A stretch of 61,802 bases of DNA, filler included. It is 5 parts of 5 records of this genome, joined end to end, with 100 filler letters (N's around TTAATTAATTAA, not from the genome) between each part and the next. Parts side by side here need not be neighbours in the genome. Positions count along the whole stretch, not along the records: positions 12,179 to 36,878 come from SRR22947727_3951; positions 36,979 to 44,039 come from SRR22947727_3954; 3 more parts are not named here. One strand, written 5' to 3'. Position numbers and translations under genes: made by a program. Shown one piece after another: positions 29,464-39,718 of this stretch (its first letter is position 1; each line of letters starts with the position of its first letter). The notes below the pieces were generated by a model. The model was not told the DNA's origin. It searched no databases and was given only the letters and a program-made list of their open reading frames with translations.

Positions 29464-31632
29464 CTAGATATTGCTTGTCCGCTCGACACGTTCCACGAAA
29501 TTATTTGCCTGAAGCACAGCGATAACAGTCCGCATATGCTCAACATCCTTGACCTCAAGATCAAGCTGAAAACTGAAAAAATCAGCATTGCGGTCAGTTA
29601 AATGAATATTGGAAATATTGCCACCTTGCTGGCCGATTATGGTGGCAACCGCGGCCAAGGCTCCCGGCTCATTGGACAGAACCGTATTCAAACGCGCCAT
29701 AACGCGTTTTGGCCCTTCATGTTCCCAGCCAACATCCATCCATAATTCAGGCATGTCATTGAAATCAACAAGGGTGGCGCATTCGGCGCGATGCACCGTA
29801 ACCCCCTTGCCAGTGGTGAAAATGCCGACGATGTCTTCACCCGGCAAAGGATGACAGCAACGCGCCATCGTAATAGCAACCCCCGAGTTAACCCCTTGAA
29901 TTTTCAATAATGGCTTGCGCGATTTAGACCGGTCACGGTCGGTTTCTCCGGTTGGCCTGACGCGTTTTTTGCTTTTCGCCAAATCGGGAAACATTTTTTC
30001 GATCACCAATTCAGGCTGCAAGCGCCCCTCACCGACAAGCGCAAATAGATCTTCCGGTTTCTGCACGCCAAAAATCTGCGGAATCTTTTCCATTGCCCGC
30101 TTTTTCAGCGGTTTATTCACTTCTAAAAACGCTTTTTGCAAAATCGATTTACCAACCCGGCTAAATTCAACCGCGCGTTCGGCGCGCACTGCCCGCCTGA
30201 TGCCCGATTTTGCGCGTCCCGTTTTGACAAAATTTTCCCATTCGGCAAGCGGACGCGCCGTTGCCTTGGTGATGATGTCAATCTGATCACCATTTTCCAG
30301 CTCGGTCGCCAATTGGCGGTTTTTGCCATTAATCCGCACGCCGCAACAGTTCTGGCCAATTTTGGAATGAACCGCATAGGCAAAATCGACCGCCGTTGCG
30401 CCCTTTGGCAAGGCAATCAAATCCCCGCGTGGGGTAAAGCAAAACACCTGATCATGATAAAGATCCATTTTGGTGTGTTCGAGGAATTCTTCGGCGCCAG
30501 CCTCTTCATCTAAAATCCCAACTAATTCTTGAATCCATTTGAATTTACGGAGGTTATTATCTGGTGAAGGATCTTTATAATTCCAATGTGCCGCCACACC
30601 ATATTCGGCAATTGTATGCATTTCCGGGGTGCGAACCTGAATTTCAATCTTGTGGTTTTCCGGCCCAATAACCCCTGTATGAAGCGATTGATAACCGTTG
30701 CGCTTTGGGGTCGAAATGTAATCTTTAAACCGCCCCATCACATTGGGATAGGCCGCATGCAGACTGCCAAGTGCCTGATAGCAATCGGCTGTTGACGGCA
30801 CCAAAATACGAAATGCCATGATATCTGATAGCTGATCCATGGTGACTTTTTTGCGCTGCATTTTCCGCCAAATTGAATAGGGCGATTTCAACCGTCCACT
30901 TACGCTGCATTCAACCCCGCCGCGTTCAACTACATCCTGCAATTCAACGCTAATCATCGGAATGATGATTTCGGACTCTTGAACCATGTAATCCAGTCTT
31001 GCGGTGATGGTTTGTGCCATTTCATCCTGCAAAACGCCAAAGGCGGCATTTTCCAGCGCATGCTGCAAATTGGTCACGCCAATCCGTTCGGCAAGCGGCG
31101 CATAGATTTCCAGCGTTTCACGGGCAATGCGGGTTCGTTTTTCGGGCTTTGGAATGTGATCAATCGTATTCATATTATGCGTGCGGTCGGCCAACTTGAC
31201 CAACAACACCCGAACATCTTCGCTCATTGCCAACAATAATTTGCGGAAATTTTCAGCCTGAAGGCTGTTTTGGCCAGCCTGCAATCCAATCCGGCTAAGT
31301 TTTGTGACCCCATCAACCAGCTGGGCAATGCTTGACCCAAAGGCCGCGTCAAGCGCATCAAGTGGTACGTCACAATCTTCGACCGTGTCATGCAACAGCG
31401 CCGTAATAACCGTATCAAGGTCAAGCCGCATATCAGCAAGGATATTGGCAACAGCAATCGGATGAATGTAATAGGGCTCGCCAGATGCGCGGGTCTGGCC
31501 GTCATGCGCTTCCATGCCAAATATGAAGGCACGTTTCAGCTTGTCACCGTCGACTGACGGATCATAAGCATGTATTTTGTTAAAGAGTGCGTCCGCTGCT
31601 TCAATCATCTCGCTGCCAAGCCGATTAGCCAA
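29464..31632 (-). CDS. spoT: Bifunctional (p)ppGpp synthetase/hydrolase (Rel/SpoT)
   Basis: HDGQTRASGEPY, LHDTVED, RFKDY, YQSLHT, TGS, CCHPLPG, ACT; start uncertain. Confidence 0.96.
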   Translation of the reverse strand: MANRLGSEMIEAADALFNKIHAYDPSVDGDKLKRAFIFGMEAHDGQTRASGEPYYIHPIAVANILADMRLDLDTVITALLHDTVEDCDVPLDALDAAFGSSIAQLVDGVTKLSRIGLQAGQNSLQAENFRKLLLAMSEDVRVLLVKLADRTHNMNTIDHIPKPEKRTRIARETLEIYAPLAERIGVTNLQHALENAAFGVLQDEMAQTITARLDYMVQESEIIIPMISVELQDVVERGGVECSVSGRLKSPYSIWRKMQRKKVTMDQLSDIMAFRILVPSTADCYQALGSLHAAYPNVMGRFKDYISTPKRNGYQSLHTGVIGPENHKIEIQVRTPEMHTIAEYGVAAHWNYKDPSPDNNLRKFKWIQELVGILDEEAGAEEFLEHTKMDLYHDQVFCFTPRGDLIALPKGATAVDFAYAVHSKIGQNCCGVRINGKNRQLATELENGDQIDIITKATARPLAEWENFVKTGRAKSGIRRAVRAERAVEFSRVGKSILQKAFLEVNKPLKKRAMEKIPQIFGVQKPEDLFALVGEGRLQPELVIEKMFPDLAKSKKRVRPTGETDRDRSKSRKPLLKIQGVNSGVAITMARCCHPLPGEDIVGIFTTGKGVTVHRAECATLVDFNDMPELWMDVGWEHEGPKRVMARLNTVLSNEPGALAAVATIIGQQGGNISNIHLTDRNADFFSFQLDLEVKDVEHMRTVIAVLQANNFVERVERTSNI

Positions 31633-31682
31633 TTCCAGCCGGCAGATCCCTGAACGGATATCGTGTCGTGCTGGTGCTTTGT

Positions 31683-32093
31683 CTAATCTTCACCCTGCAT
31701 TTCAGCCAGGTCAACATCTTCAAAGCCTGATGGCTCTAATTCTTCAGGGCTGGCAATCTGCATGCCGCTGGTTTCGCCTTCATCATCGCTGTAATCGCCA
31801 ACCATTTCGGACAGATCAACCTCGGCAGCAATCGCCGCATCATCACGGATTTCCTGCTCTTCACGGATCGCGACACGCTGCAACTTTTTGATCAGACCTT
31901 CTCCAAGAACGCCAAGATCAACCGTTTCGGCAGCAATTTCACGGAGCGCGATAACCGGGTTTTTATCGTCATCACGATCAATTGTTGGCAAATCGCCTTT
32001 CAAAATTCCGCGTGCGCGTTGGCCTGCTGTCAACACAAGGTCAAACCGGTTTGGGATTTTTTCGATGCAATCTTCAACGGTAACGCGTGCCAT
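31683..32093 (-). CDS. rpoZ: RNA polymerase omega subunit
   Basis: [28 protein letters not shown], with acidic tail. Confidence 0.96.
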   Translation of the reverse strand: MARVTVEDCIEKIPNRFDLVLTAGQRARGILKGDLPTIDRDDDKNPVIALREIAAETVDLGVLGEGLIKKLQRVAIREEQEIRDDAAIAAEVDLSEMVGDYSDDEGETSGMQIASPEELEPSGFEDVDLAEMQGED

Positions 32094-32281
32094 GAATATC
32101 TCCTTGTCCTGATTGATCAAATGGCAAATTCTTCCAAAGAAGTCGCCATTTTTCGGCAAAGCCCCACCAGCCAGACTAGCGGGCGTTTACCATTCAACCC
32201 TAAAATGCGCAAAAACTATGCGGGGTGTACCCTAAAATCGAGGTCTGAACAAGCAAAAAGCGGCAAACAGACCAGCCAGAT

Positions 32282-32800
32282 TTATCTTGCAAGCCTGATT
32301 TGCTGATCGGCGGGAATCATCGCAATCAAATCTTGGATCGCGATGCCACTCAGCGGATGCACCCAATCGGGGCATAATTCACCAAGCGGCAATAAAACAA
32401 AGGCGCGCTCATGCAGCCGCGGATGCGGCAGCGCCAAGTCACTGGCACCACTTACCGTGCCGGCAAAATCAAGCAAATCGAGATCAAGAACCCGCGCCGC
32501 GTTGCGTTCTGTTCTGATCCGGCCAAAGCGGCGTTCAATGAGATGTAACGCCGCCAATGCCGATGCAGCATCCAGTTCGGTTGTCGCTTCGGCAACAGCG
32601 TTTAGATACCAAGGCTGGTCAGAAATCGGCACGGGCGCAGACTCATACCATCGTGACAGCGCCGACAAATGCACTCCCTCGTCGGCAAGCGCTGATACGG
32701 CTGCAACGCAGCCTTCGCGTGGGCTTGCATAGCCATCCGGTGTCAAATTTGCACCAAGTCCGATAAAAAGTCGGGAATTCATGATTTTGTCCATATCCAT
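32282..32800 (-). CDS. folK: HPPK (7,8-dihydro-6-hydroxymethylpterin pyrophosphokinase)
   Basis: IGLGANL, QPWYLNAV, ARVLDLDLL, LPHPRLHERAFVL; start uncertain. Confidence 0.95.
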   Translation of the reverse strand: MDMDKIMNSRLFIGLGANLTPDGYASPREGCVAAVSALADEGVHLSALSRWYESAPVPISDQPWYLNAVAEATTELDAASALAALHLIERRFGRIRTERNAARVLDLDLLDFAGTVSGASDLALPHPRLHERAFVLLPLGELCPDWVHPLSGIAIQDLIAMIPADQQIRLAR

Positions 32801-33025
32801 GCCGTCGATATCACCGGAGGGGGTGGTAGCATAATTTGCCAATATTATCAGCCAAACAAACATGCTGCCGTCGGAAAATCATATTTTGACCCGCAATTTG
32901 GTGGCAAATTTTGAAAAAAGCGGCACGTTAAGGCGGTTTTATCTTGAAAAATGCCAATCGGTTCTATTCGATAAAGCGTTTATATTAAGTTAAATTTTGT
33001 AATTTATATCTTTTGGACATTTGTT

Positions 33026-33574
33026 ATGAGACCTGAAAAAACAGCACTTTTTATTGATGGTTCAAATTTTTATGCCGCAACACGATTGCTAAATATGGAT
33101 GTCGACTATGCCAAGCTTCATGCCCATTTTAGCCAAAACGCAAATTTGATCCGCGCATATTACTACACCGCCCTTCCCGAAGATCAGGAATTTTCGCCGC
33201 TACGGCCATTGATCGACTGGCTGGATTACAATGGATTTGCCGTTGTCAGTAAATTAACCCGTGAATTCACCGATCCTGAAACCGGCAAAAAACGTACCAA
33301 GGGCAATATGGATATGGAACTTGCCCTCGATATGTTGAAACTGGCACCACATATCGATCACGCCATTTTATTTTCGGGCGATGGTGATTTTTGCCGCCTT
33401 CTTGAAGATGTGCAGGGCATGGGCGTTCGGGTGTCGGTGGTATCAACGACCAAAACCTCGCCGCCAATGGCAGCCGATTCATTGCGCCGGATGGCCGATA
33501 TTTTTATCGAGATGGATCATCTTCGCGATCAGATTGCGCGGCCATTACGCCAAGCCGAGACTGTGCCAGTCTAA
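33026..33574 (+). CDS. NYN-domain (LabA/DUF88) protein
   Basis: FIDGSN, RAYYY, KGNMDMELALD, FSGDGDF. Confidence 0.92.
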   Translation: MRPEKTALFIDGSNFYAATRLLNMDVDYAKLHAHFSQNANLIRAYYYTALPEDQEFSPLRPLIDWLDYNGFAVVSKLTREFTDPETGKKRTKGNMDMELALDMLKLAPHIDHAILFSGDGDFCRLLEDVQGMGVRVSVVSTTKTSPPMAADSLRRMADIFIEMDHLRDQIARPLRQAETVPV

Positions 33575-33609
33575 ACGACCATGCTTGCCGAGAATGGTAG
33601 AGCAAATGC

Positions 33610-34080
33610 CTAGCCGTTGCGGCTGCGAAGCAAACGCGCCTTGTCACGGCTCCATGTCCGGTCTTTATCGGCCTGACGCTTGTCTTGCTTTTTGCGCCCT
33701 TTGGCTAGGCCAATCTGGATTTTGGCAACACCACGATCATTAAAATACATGGCCAATGGTACTAACGTCATGCCTTCGCGCCGGATCAGGCCAAGCATGC
33801 GGTTCCGTTCGCGCACCTTCACCAATAATTCGCGCGGCCGTTTTGGTTCGTGATTCACACGGGCTGGCTCATAAATTGGAATATTGGCATTGAACAGCAC
33901 AAGACGGCCATTATTCTCACCAGCATAAGATTCGGCGATGCTAGCGCGTCCGCTTCGCAGTGATTTGACCTCACTACCTTGCAAAATCAGACCAGCTTCG
34001 ATTTTTTCTTCGATTTGATATTCATGCCGCGCCTTGCGGTTTTCCGCAATTCGTCCAGTCGAGATCGTGCCTTTGGCCAT
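33610..34080 (-). CDS. smpB: SsrA-binding protein
   Basis: ENRKARHEY, GSEVKSLR, HEPKRPR.LL, KGRKK.DKR. Confidence 0.97.
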   Translation of the reverse strand: MAKGTISTGRIAENRKARHEYQIEEKIEAGLILQGSEVKSLRSGRASIAESYAGENNGRLVLFNANIPIYEPARVNHEPKRPRELLVKVRERNRMLGLIRREGMTLVPLAMYFNDRGVAKIQIGLAKGRKKQDKRQADKDRTWSRDKARLLRSRNG

Positions 34081-34120
34081 GATATATCCGTTCAAGCTGG
34101 CATAAGCGCCAACAATATCC

Positions 34121-35023
34121 CTAATTCAGCAAACCCGCACTACGCAGGGCGGCTTCGACACAGGCTTTGCTTGCCGGTGCAATCTCGCATAGCGGCAAAC
34201 GCGTTTCAGCACTGCAAATCCCAAGCAATTCAGCAGCATATTTTACCGGACCCGGGCTTGCTTCGCAGAACATCGAATCATGAAGCGGCATCAGGCGTTC
34301 ATTGATTCTTTGCGCGGTGGCAATATCACCAGCCGCCCAAGCGGCATGCATTTCACTCAATAATTTTGGCGCAATATTCGCCGTGACCGAAATACAGCCA
34401 TGCCCGCCAGCTGCCAGATATGGAAGCGCGGTTGCATCTTCGCCAGATAATTGCGCAAAATCAGCCCCAAGAAGATTGCGAAGCCGTGTTGGACGTCCAA
34501 CATCGGCAGTGGCATCCTTGATTCCCGTGATATTGGCATGGTCAGCAGCAAGGCGCGCCATGGTCGCATCATCAACCTTCACAATTGACCGGCCCGGAAT
34601 ATCGTAGACGATAACTGACACGGAAACGGCTTTGGCAACGGCTGAAAAATGCTGGTACAGCCCTTCTTGGGTTGGTTTGTTATAATAGGGGCTGACAATC
34701 AGAACTGCATCCGCGCCAGCCGCCGCGCCATGTTTGGCAAGCCGCACCGCTTCGGCGGTGCTGTTTGATCCTGCACCGGCAATAACCGGCACACGGCCAG
34801 CCGCCTGTTTGATGCATAGCTCGACAACAAGATCATGTTCTTCATGTGACAATGTCGGTGACTCGCCGGTTGTCCCAACAGGGATCAGCGCGGCAGTACC
34901 ATTTTCAATTTGCCAATCAACCAGTTTGCAAAACGCGTCTTTATCGATCTGCCCATTTTTAAACGGCGTGACAAGAGCGGTGCAAGAACCGGAAAAAACA
35001 GCGTTTGTTGATGCTGGTGACAT
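34121..35023 (-). CDS. dapA: 4-hydroxy-tetrahydrodipicolinate synthase
   Basis: ALVTPF, GTTGES, PYYNKP, GIKDA, SGED. Confidence 0.95.
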   Translation of the reverse strand: MSPASTNAVFSGSCTALVTPFKNGQIDKDAFCKLVDWQIENGTAALIPVGTTGESPTLSHEEHDLVVELCIKQAAGRVPVIAGAGSNSTAEAVRLAKHGAAAGADAVLIVSPYYNKPTQEGLYQHFSAVAKAVSVSVIVYDIPGRSIVKVDDATMARLAADHANITGIKDATADVGRPTRLRNLLGADFAQLSGEDATALPYLAAGGHGCISVTANIAPKLLSEMHAAWAAGDIATAQRINERLMPLHDSMFCEASPGPVKYAAELLGICSAETRLPLCEIAPASKACVEAALRSAGLLN

Positions 35024-35155
35024 TGTTCATCTCCTTACGGCACATAGCCGATAACCATATTGCGGTAAAATAGGCATGCCGCAAGATAAACACAAGCCAA
35101 CAATTTTTGTCATTTGCCTGCGGCAGGCTTGTGGCCGCACCCTGCCCCCATGCCG

Positions 35156-35205
35156 CCCACCAACATGCCCGAACAACATGTCCAAACAAGATTCCCACCC
35201 ACATG
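35156..35205. repeat. Four degenerate 12-13 bp direct repeats in a divergent intergenic region
   Basis: CCCACCAACATG / CCCGAACAACATG / TCCAAACAAGATT / CCCACCCACATG. Confidence 0.55.
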
Positions 35206-35279
35206 TCTCGGCTTGATTGACCTTATTTCGGAAAGGATCTAATTTTGCCCGACATAATTTTGGTTTGGAAATATCACAA

Positions 35280-36299
35280 ATGACAAATTCAACATCCCTG
35301 CCGCAAACCGCTGACGGCGCGCTTCAAATCGACCTTGCCACCATCGAAGCCGCTGCCGACCGGATACGGCCACATATTTTCCAAACACCACTTTTGGAAT
35401 CCCCGCGGCTAAATGATTTTTTGAGGCGCCGGCTTCTGGTGAAAGCCGAAGCTTTGCAACATACGGGATCGTTCAAATTGCGCGGCGCAACCAATGCGGT
35501 TTGGAGCCTTGACGATGATGTTCGCCATGTTGTGGCCTTTTCCAGCGGCAATCATGCCCAAGGCGTTGCCCGCGCCGTTACCACACGCGGCCTAAAAGCC
35601 ACCATCATCATGCCCGAAGACACGCCAGCAACCAAAATCGAAGGCACCAAGGCCTATGGCGCCGATGTCGTGACCTATGATCGCTATACGGAATCACGCG
35701 AAGCGATTGGCGAGGCGCTAAGCCAGAAATATAATGCCAATTTGATCAAACCCTATGATGATGTTCGGGTGATTGCTGGACAAGGCACAGTTGGGCTGGA
35801 AATCGCCCGACAAGCAAGCGTGATGGGCGTTGTTCCCGATGCGCTGATCTGTTGTTGTGGCGGCGGTGGCCTGATTGCAGGCACCAGCATCGCGCTTCAT
35901 GCGCATTTTCCCGAAACCAAAATCTGGTGCGCCGAACCCGAATTTTATGATGATACGAAACGATCATTAGAAACCGGCATGATTGAACGGGCGCAAACCG
36001 ACAAATCATCCATTTGTGATGCAATTGTAACCCCGGAACCCGGGCAATTGACCTTTCCGGTGAATCGCCAACATCTGTCAGGCGGTGCCGTTGTCAGCGA
36101 TCAGCAAGTACTTAAAACCATTGCAACGCTGTTTAAACATCTAAAAATCATTGTTGAACCGGGCGGTGCGGTTGCTGTTGCTGCGGTTTTGACCGGACAG
36201 GTTCCCGCTGGTGCCGATAATATCATTGCAGTGGCATCAGGCGGCAATATTGATCGTGATATGTTCAAACGCGCGCTTGATGAAGAGCCATTTTTCTAG
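35280..36299 (+). CDS. Threonine/serine dehydratase family PLP enzyme (no ACT domain)
   Basis: TGSFKLRGA, SSGNHAQG, GGGGL, EPGGA, SGGNID. Confidence 0.9.
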   Translation: MTNSTSLPQTADGALQIDLATIEAAADRIRPHIFQTPLLESPRLNDFLRRRLLVKAEALQHTGSFKLRGATNAVWSLDDDVRHVVAFSSGNHAQGVARAVTTRGLKATIIMPEDTPATKIEGTKAYGADVVTYDRYTESREAIGEALSQKYNANLIKPYDDVRVIAGQGTVGLEIARQASVMGVVPDALICCCGGGGLIAGTSIALHAHFPETKIWCAEPEFYDDTKRSLETGMIERAQTDKSSICDAIVTPEPGQLTFPVNRQHLSGGAVVSDQQVLKTIATLFKHLKIIVEPGGAVAVAAVLTGQVPAGADNIIAVASGGNIDRDMFKRALDEEPFF

Positions 36300-36315
36300 C
36301 GGTGGCGTAAGCTTT

Positions 36316-36878
36316 CTAGAAATCGGTTGGCGCGCCACCTTCGGCTTTGCGCCGATTGACAAAATCCAGCAATTCATCATGAATGCCGCTATCCATTGGC
36401 GGCGGCGTATATTCGGCCAGAACCTGTTTGAAATGGGCATTGGCGCGCTGATGCGCCCATAATCCGCCAGCATCTTCCCAGTTTTCAAAATTCCGCCAAT
36501 CCGACAAAAGCGGCGTGTAAAACGCATCGCGATAACGTTCTTGGGTATGATCACATCCAAAAAAGTGACCATGTGGCCCAACCTCTTCGATTGCCGAAAC
36601 CGCCAGCGACGCCTCATCAACAATAATCGGACGTTGTGCATAAATGATCTGTTGCAGCATTTCGCAATCAATTACAAATTTTTCAAAACTGGCAGATAGG
36701 CCACCTTCCATCCATCCGGCAGCGTGATAGATCAGATTTGCCCCACCTGAACAGCTGCCCTGGAGTGAAAAGGCCGATTCCCACACCGCCTGTGCATCAG
36801 GGGCATTGGCCGCATTCGCATTTGACGCCCGAAACGGCAAATTGTAATGGCGTGCCATCTGTCCCGATATCTGCATTG
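36316..36878 (-). CDS. Trimethylamine methyltransferase (MttB) family, C-terminal part (5' truncated)
   Basis: ARHYNLP.R..PDAQA.WES, HAAGWMEGGL.ASFEK, VGP.GHF...HT. Confidence 0.92.
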
Positions 36879-36978
36879 NNNNNNNNNNNNNNNNNNNNNN
36901 NNNNNNNNNNNNNNNNNNNNNNTTAATTAATTAANNNNNNNNNNNNNNNNNNNNNNNNNNNNNNNNNNNNNNNNNNNN
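36879..36978. other. Artificial contig linker
   Basis: 44 N + TTAATTAATTAA + 44 N. Confidence 0.99.
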
Positions 36979-37434
36979 GCTGTTATGAGGGTTAAATATA
37001 AAAACCTTATAACGGGAAACACAAATGATAAAACGTTCAAGTCGGGAGAATCTGTCGAGACTGCTGATATTGATCATAAAGAAATGGAGTTCTTGTACTC
37101 CGATGGAAGTAGCTGGCATTTTATGGACTCTTCTACATATGAACAGATAGAGGTAGGGATTGAGGTAATGAAAGATGCGAAAAAATGGCTTATAGGCCAA
37201 GAGATATGCGAGGTTGTTACTTGGGATGATGTGCCTATTTTAGTGGAGCCGCCTATCTTTGTTGAACTCACTATATCTAATTCCGAGCCTGGGGTTAAAG
37301 GAGATACAGTGTCTGGAGCAACAAAACCAGCTGAACTAGAAACTGGAGTAATTGTTAATGTTCCTTTGTTTGTTAATGAAGGCGAGAAGATTAAAGTTGA
37401 CACTAGAACAGAGGAGTACTCAAGCCGAGCATAA
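36979..37434 (+). CDS. efp: Elongation factor P (5' truncated)
   Basis: FMD..TYEQ, PGVKGDT, KPAELETG, VPLFV..GE.IKVDTR..Y.SR. Confidence 0.95.
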   Translation, partial: AVMRVKYKNLITGNTNDKTFKSGESVETADIDHKEMEFLYSDGSSWHFMDSSTYEQIEVGIEVMKDAKKWLIGQEICEVVTWDDVPILVEPPIFVELTISNSEPGVKGDTVSGATKPAELETGVIVNVPLFVNEGEKIKVDTRTEEYSSRA

Positions 37435-37438
37435 TTAT

Positions 37439-39178
37439 ATGATCAAAGATATTAATGAATTGATAGACTCATTTTTTATAGATTTTTGTAGCATTGAACC
37501 AGAGATGCTAGAAACTCTTCAAAAAAAATATACAACATCAATTACTGATGATCTGTCAAAGGGGCATATCACATCAAATGTGTGCATGATTGCAGCAGGT
37601 ATTTTAAAAAAAAATCCAGCTGAGCTATCAAAAAATTTAGCTGTAAATCTTTCTAAATTCTCTTTCATAGAATCTGCTGAATCAGCAGGCCCTGGTTTTG
37701 TAAATATTAGACTTTCAAGACAAGCATTTTTAAATTCTATAAATATTGCCAATATGGAGCTAGAGAATTATGGAAGAAATAGTTTTGATTCTAAGAAAAA
37801 AATTCAAATAGAATTTGTTTCAGCTAACCCTACTGGGCCACTTCATGTTGGTCATGGAAGAGGCGCTGCTTATGGCGATGCTATTGGAAGGATTTTAGAG
37901 GCCTGCGGACATGAGGTGCATAAAGAATACTACGTAAATGATGCAGGGAGACAAATTGATATTTTGACTGCTAGTGTGTGTTTGAGGCTTGCTGATTTAG
38001 AAGATAATCAGATGCCAGAAAGCTCTTATAAGGGTGGCTATATTAAAGATATAGCTGATGATTTTAGATCTAAGAGTCATGATTTTGATATTAGCGGTGA
38101 AGAAATTTTAAATGCCATTCCTTTGGATGATGCTGAAAAACAAATTGATGAAATTATCAAAAAAATAAAGGTAAGCTCTAGCTTATGGAGTAAAGTTAAA
38201 AAAACTTCGCTTTCTATAGTTCTTGATTCTATAAAAGAAGATTTACAAAATTTTAATGTTCTGCATGATGACTGGTATTTTGAATCATCGTTAGGATCCT
38301 TGTCTGATGAATCTTCGTCAATAAGTCAGGCAATGAGCAAATTAGAAAAAGAAGGGTTGGCATATAAGGAAAATGGCGCTCTTTGGCTTGATACATCCTC
38401 TTCAAAAGACGATAAGAATAGAGTGCTAATTAGAGAAGATGGGAGACCTACTTATTTTGCTTCGGATGTTGCATATCATAAAAATAAAATTGACAGAGGC
38501 TTTGACGAGCTTATAAATGTTTGGGGTGCAGACCATCATGGATACATAAAAAGAATAGAAGCATCAATAGATGGTCTTGGATTTGACAAAGAAAAGCTTA
38601 ATGTTCAGCTTGTGCAATTTGCAAATCTTTTTAGAGATGGGAAGAAGGTGAAGATGTCTACAAGAAGTGGTGATTTTTATACATTGGCAAACTTGGTAGG
38701 TGAAATTGGGAAGGATGCAGCAAGATTTTATTATTTATCAAAACAGGCAGATCAACATCTTGATTTTGATATTGATCTTGCAAAAGCTGATAATAAAGAA
38801 AATATTTTTTATTACATTCAATATGCTCATGCCAGAATCTGTTCTCTTCAAGCAAAATATATAGAAAAAAATGGTGCGTTGCCGATATCTGCTGAGCAAA
38901 TTGAAACTAATAAATATGCTAAATGTGATCGTATCATTCATGAGGTTAGTAAGTTTCCTGGAGTGGTTCATAGATCAGCAAAAAGCCTTCAACCACATTT
39001 AATAATTTATTTCTTAAAAGACTTTGCTCAGTCTTTTCATAGTTTTTATAATGATAATCATATTCTTTCAGAGTCTGATCAGAACGCTCAATCAATTCTT
39101 TTCTGTCTCAATGCATCTAAGCAAGTGTTGGCAAATGGGTTAAGGCTTCTTGGGATTGAGCCAATCCAAAAGATGTAA
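37439..39178 (+). CDS. argS: Arginine--tRNA ligase
   Basis: EFVSANPTGPLHVGHGR, WGADHHGY, KMSTRSG, YYIQYAHARI. Confidence 0.97.
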   Translation: MIKDINELIDSFFIDFCSIEPEMLETLQKKYTTSITDDLSKGHITSNVCMIAAGILKKNPAELSKNLAVNLSKFSFIESAESAGPGFVNIRLSRQAFLNSINIANMELENYGRNSFDSKKKIQIEFVSANPTGPLHVGHGRGAAYGDAIGRILEACGHEVHKEYYVNDAGRQIDILTASVCLRLADLEDNQMPESSYKGGYIKDIADDFRSKSHDFDISGEEILNAIPLDDAEKQIDEIIKKIKVSSSLWSKVKKTSLSIVLDSIKEDLQNFNVLHDDWYFESSLGSLSDESSSISQAMSKLEKEGLAYKENGALWLDTSSSKDDKNRVLIREDGRPTYFASDVAYHKNKIDRGFDELINVWGADHHGYIKRIEASIDGLGFDKEKLNVQLVQFANLFRDGKKVKMSTRSGDFYTLANLVGEIGKDAARFYYLSKQADQHLDFDIDLAKADNKENIFYYIQYAHARICSLQAKYIEKNGALPISAEQIETNKYAKCDRIIHEVSKFPGVVHRSAKSLQPHLIIYFLKDFAQSFHSFYNDNHILSESDQNAQSILFCLNASKQVLANGLRLLGIEPIQKM

Positions 39179-39184
39179 TCAAAT

Positions 39185-39718
39185 ATGAAAGATTTTGCAA
39201 AGAGAAAAGCTCAAGCAACTAAAAAGAATTTAAGAAGCAGGCCTTCTTTCAAAGCAAGGCATATTCAAGATAAGGTAATACCAAACAGTCAAATACTTAT
39301 CTTGCTCTTTCTTGCATTTTTAAGTGCAATTACTTCTATCTACTATTTTAATTCAGATATAAAAATTTTTGAGCCTAGAGAAATAAGCAATGAAATAGAA
39401 TTTAACTTTCCTATAAAGCTGCAAGAGAATGAAATTTTGATTGAAATTGATCAAAGTTTGAAAAACATTGAATGTACTTATTTTTTACAAGTAGAAACGT
39501 ATGGTAAAAAAGAATTTGCTAATGAAACATTAAATAATATTATGAATGATGGCGAAGCGGTTATTGATGAGGTGAATAGCGTTGCAAGGCCTGGGAAGAT
39601 ATTTTATAGAGTTCTTATGGGGCCCTATAAAAACAGGTCGGCAGTTAATAATTCTAGAGAAAGGATAACAAAAAAAGGATACTCTCCTTTGGTAAGACAG
39701 TCATGCATAAAGAAATAG
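39185..39718 (+). CDS. SPOR-domain cell division protein (FtsN-like)
   Basis: MKDFAKR start, single TM, C-terminal YFLQV..YRVLMGPY; follows argS. Confidence 0.8.
   Translation: MKDFAKRKAQATKKNLRSRPSFKARHIQDKVIPNSQILILLFLAFLSAITSIYYFNSDIKIFEPREISNEIEFNFPIKLQENEILIEIDQSLKNIECTYFLQVETYGKKEFANETLNNIMNDGEAVIDEVNSVARPGKIFYRVLMGPYKNRSAVNNSRERITKKGYSPLVRQSCIKK

Noticed and set aside
32166-32280. Two pairs of 10-bp direct repeats (ACCAGCCAGA, ACCCTAAAAT) between folK and rpoZ
   Set aside because: Short, with nothing mobile between them; cannot be separated from chance or promoter elements
33026-33574. NYN/PIN-like nuclease as a possible defence or toxin gene
   Set aside because: The LabA/DUF88 gene beside folK-rpoZ and smpB is a conserved alphaproteobacterial housekeeping arrangement; no partner gene
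12179-36878. Many short alternative-frame and antisense ORFs in the GC-richer contigs (also 44140-56026)
   Set aside because: They overlap well-supported conserved genes and are expected from codon bias
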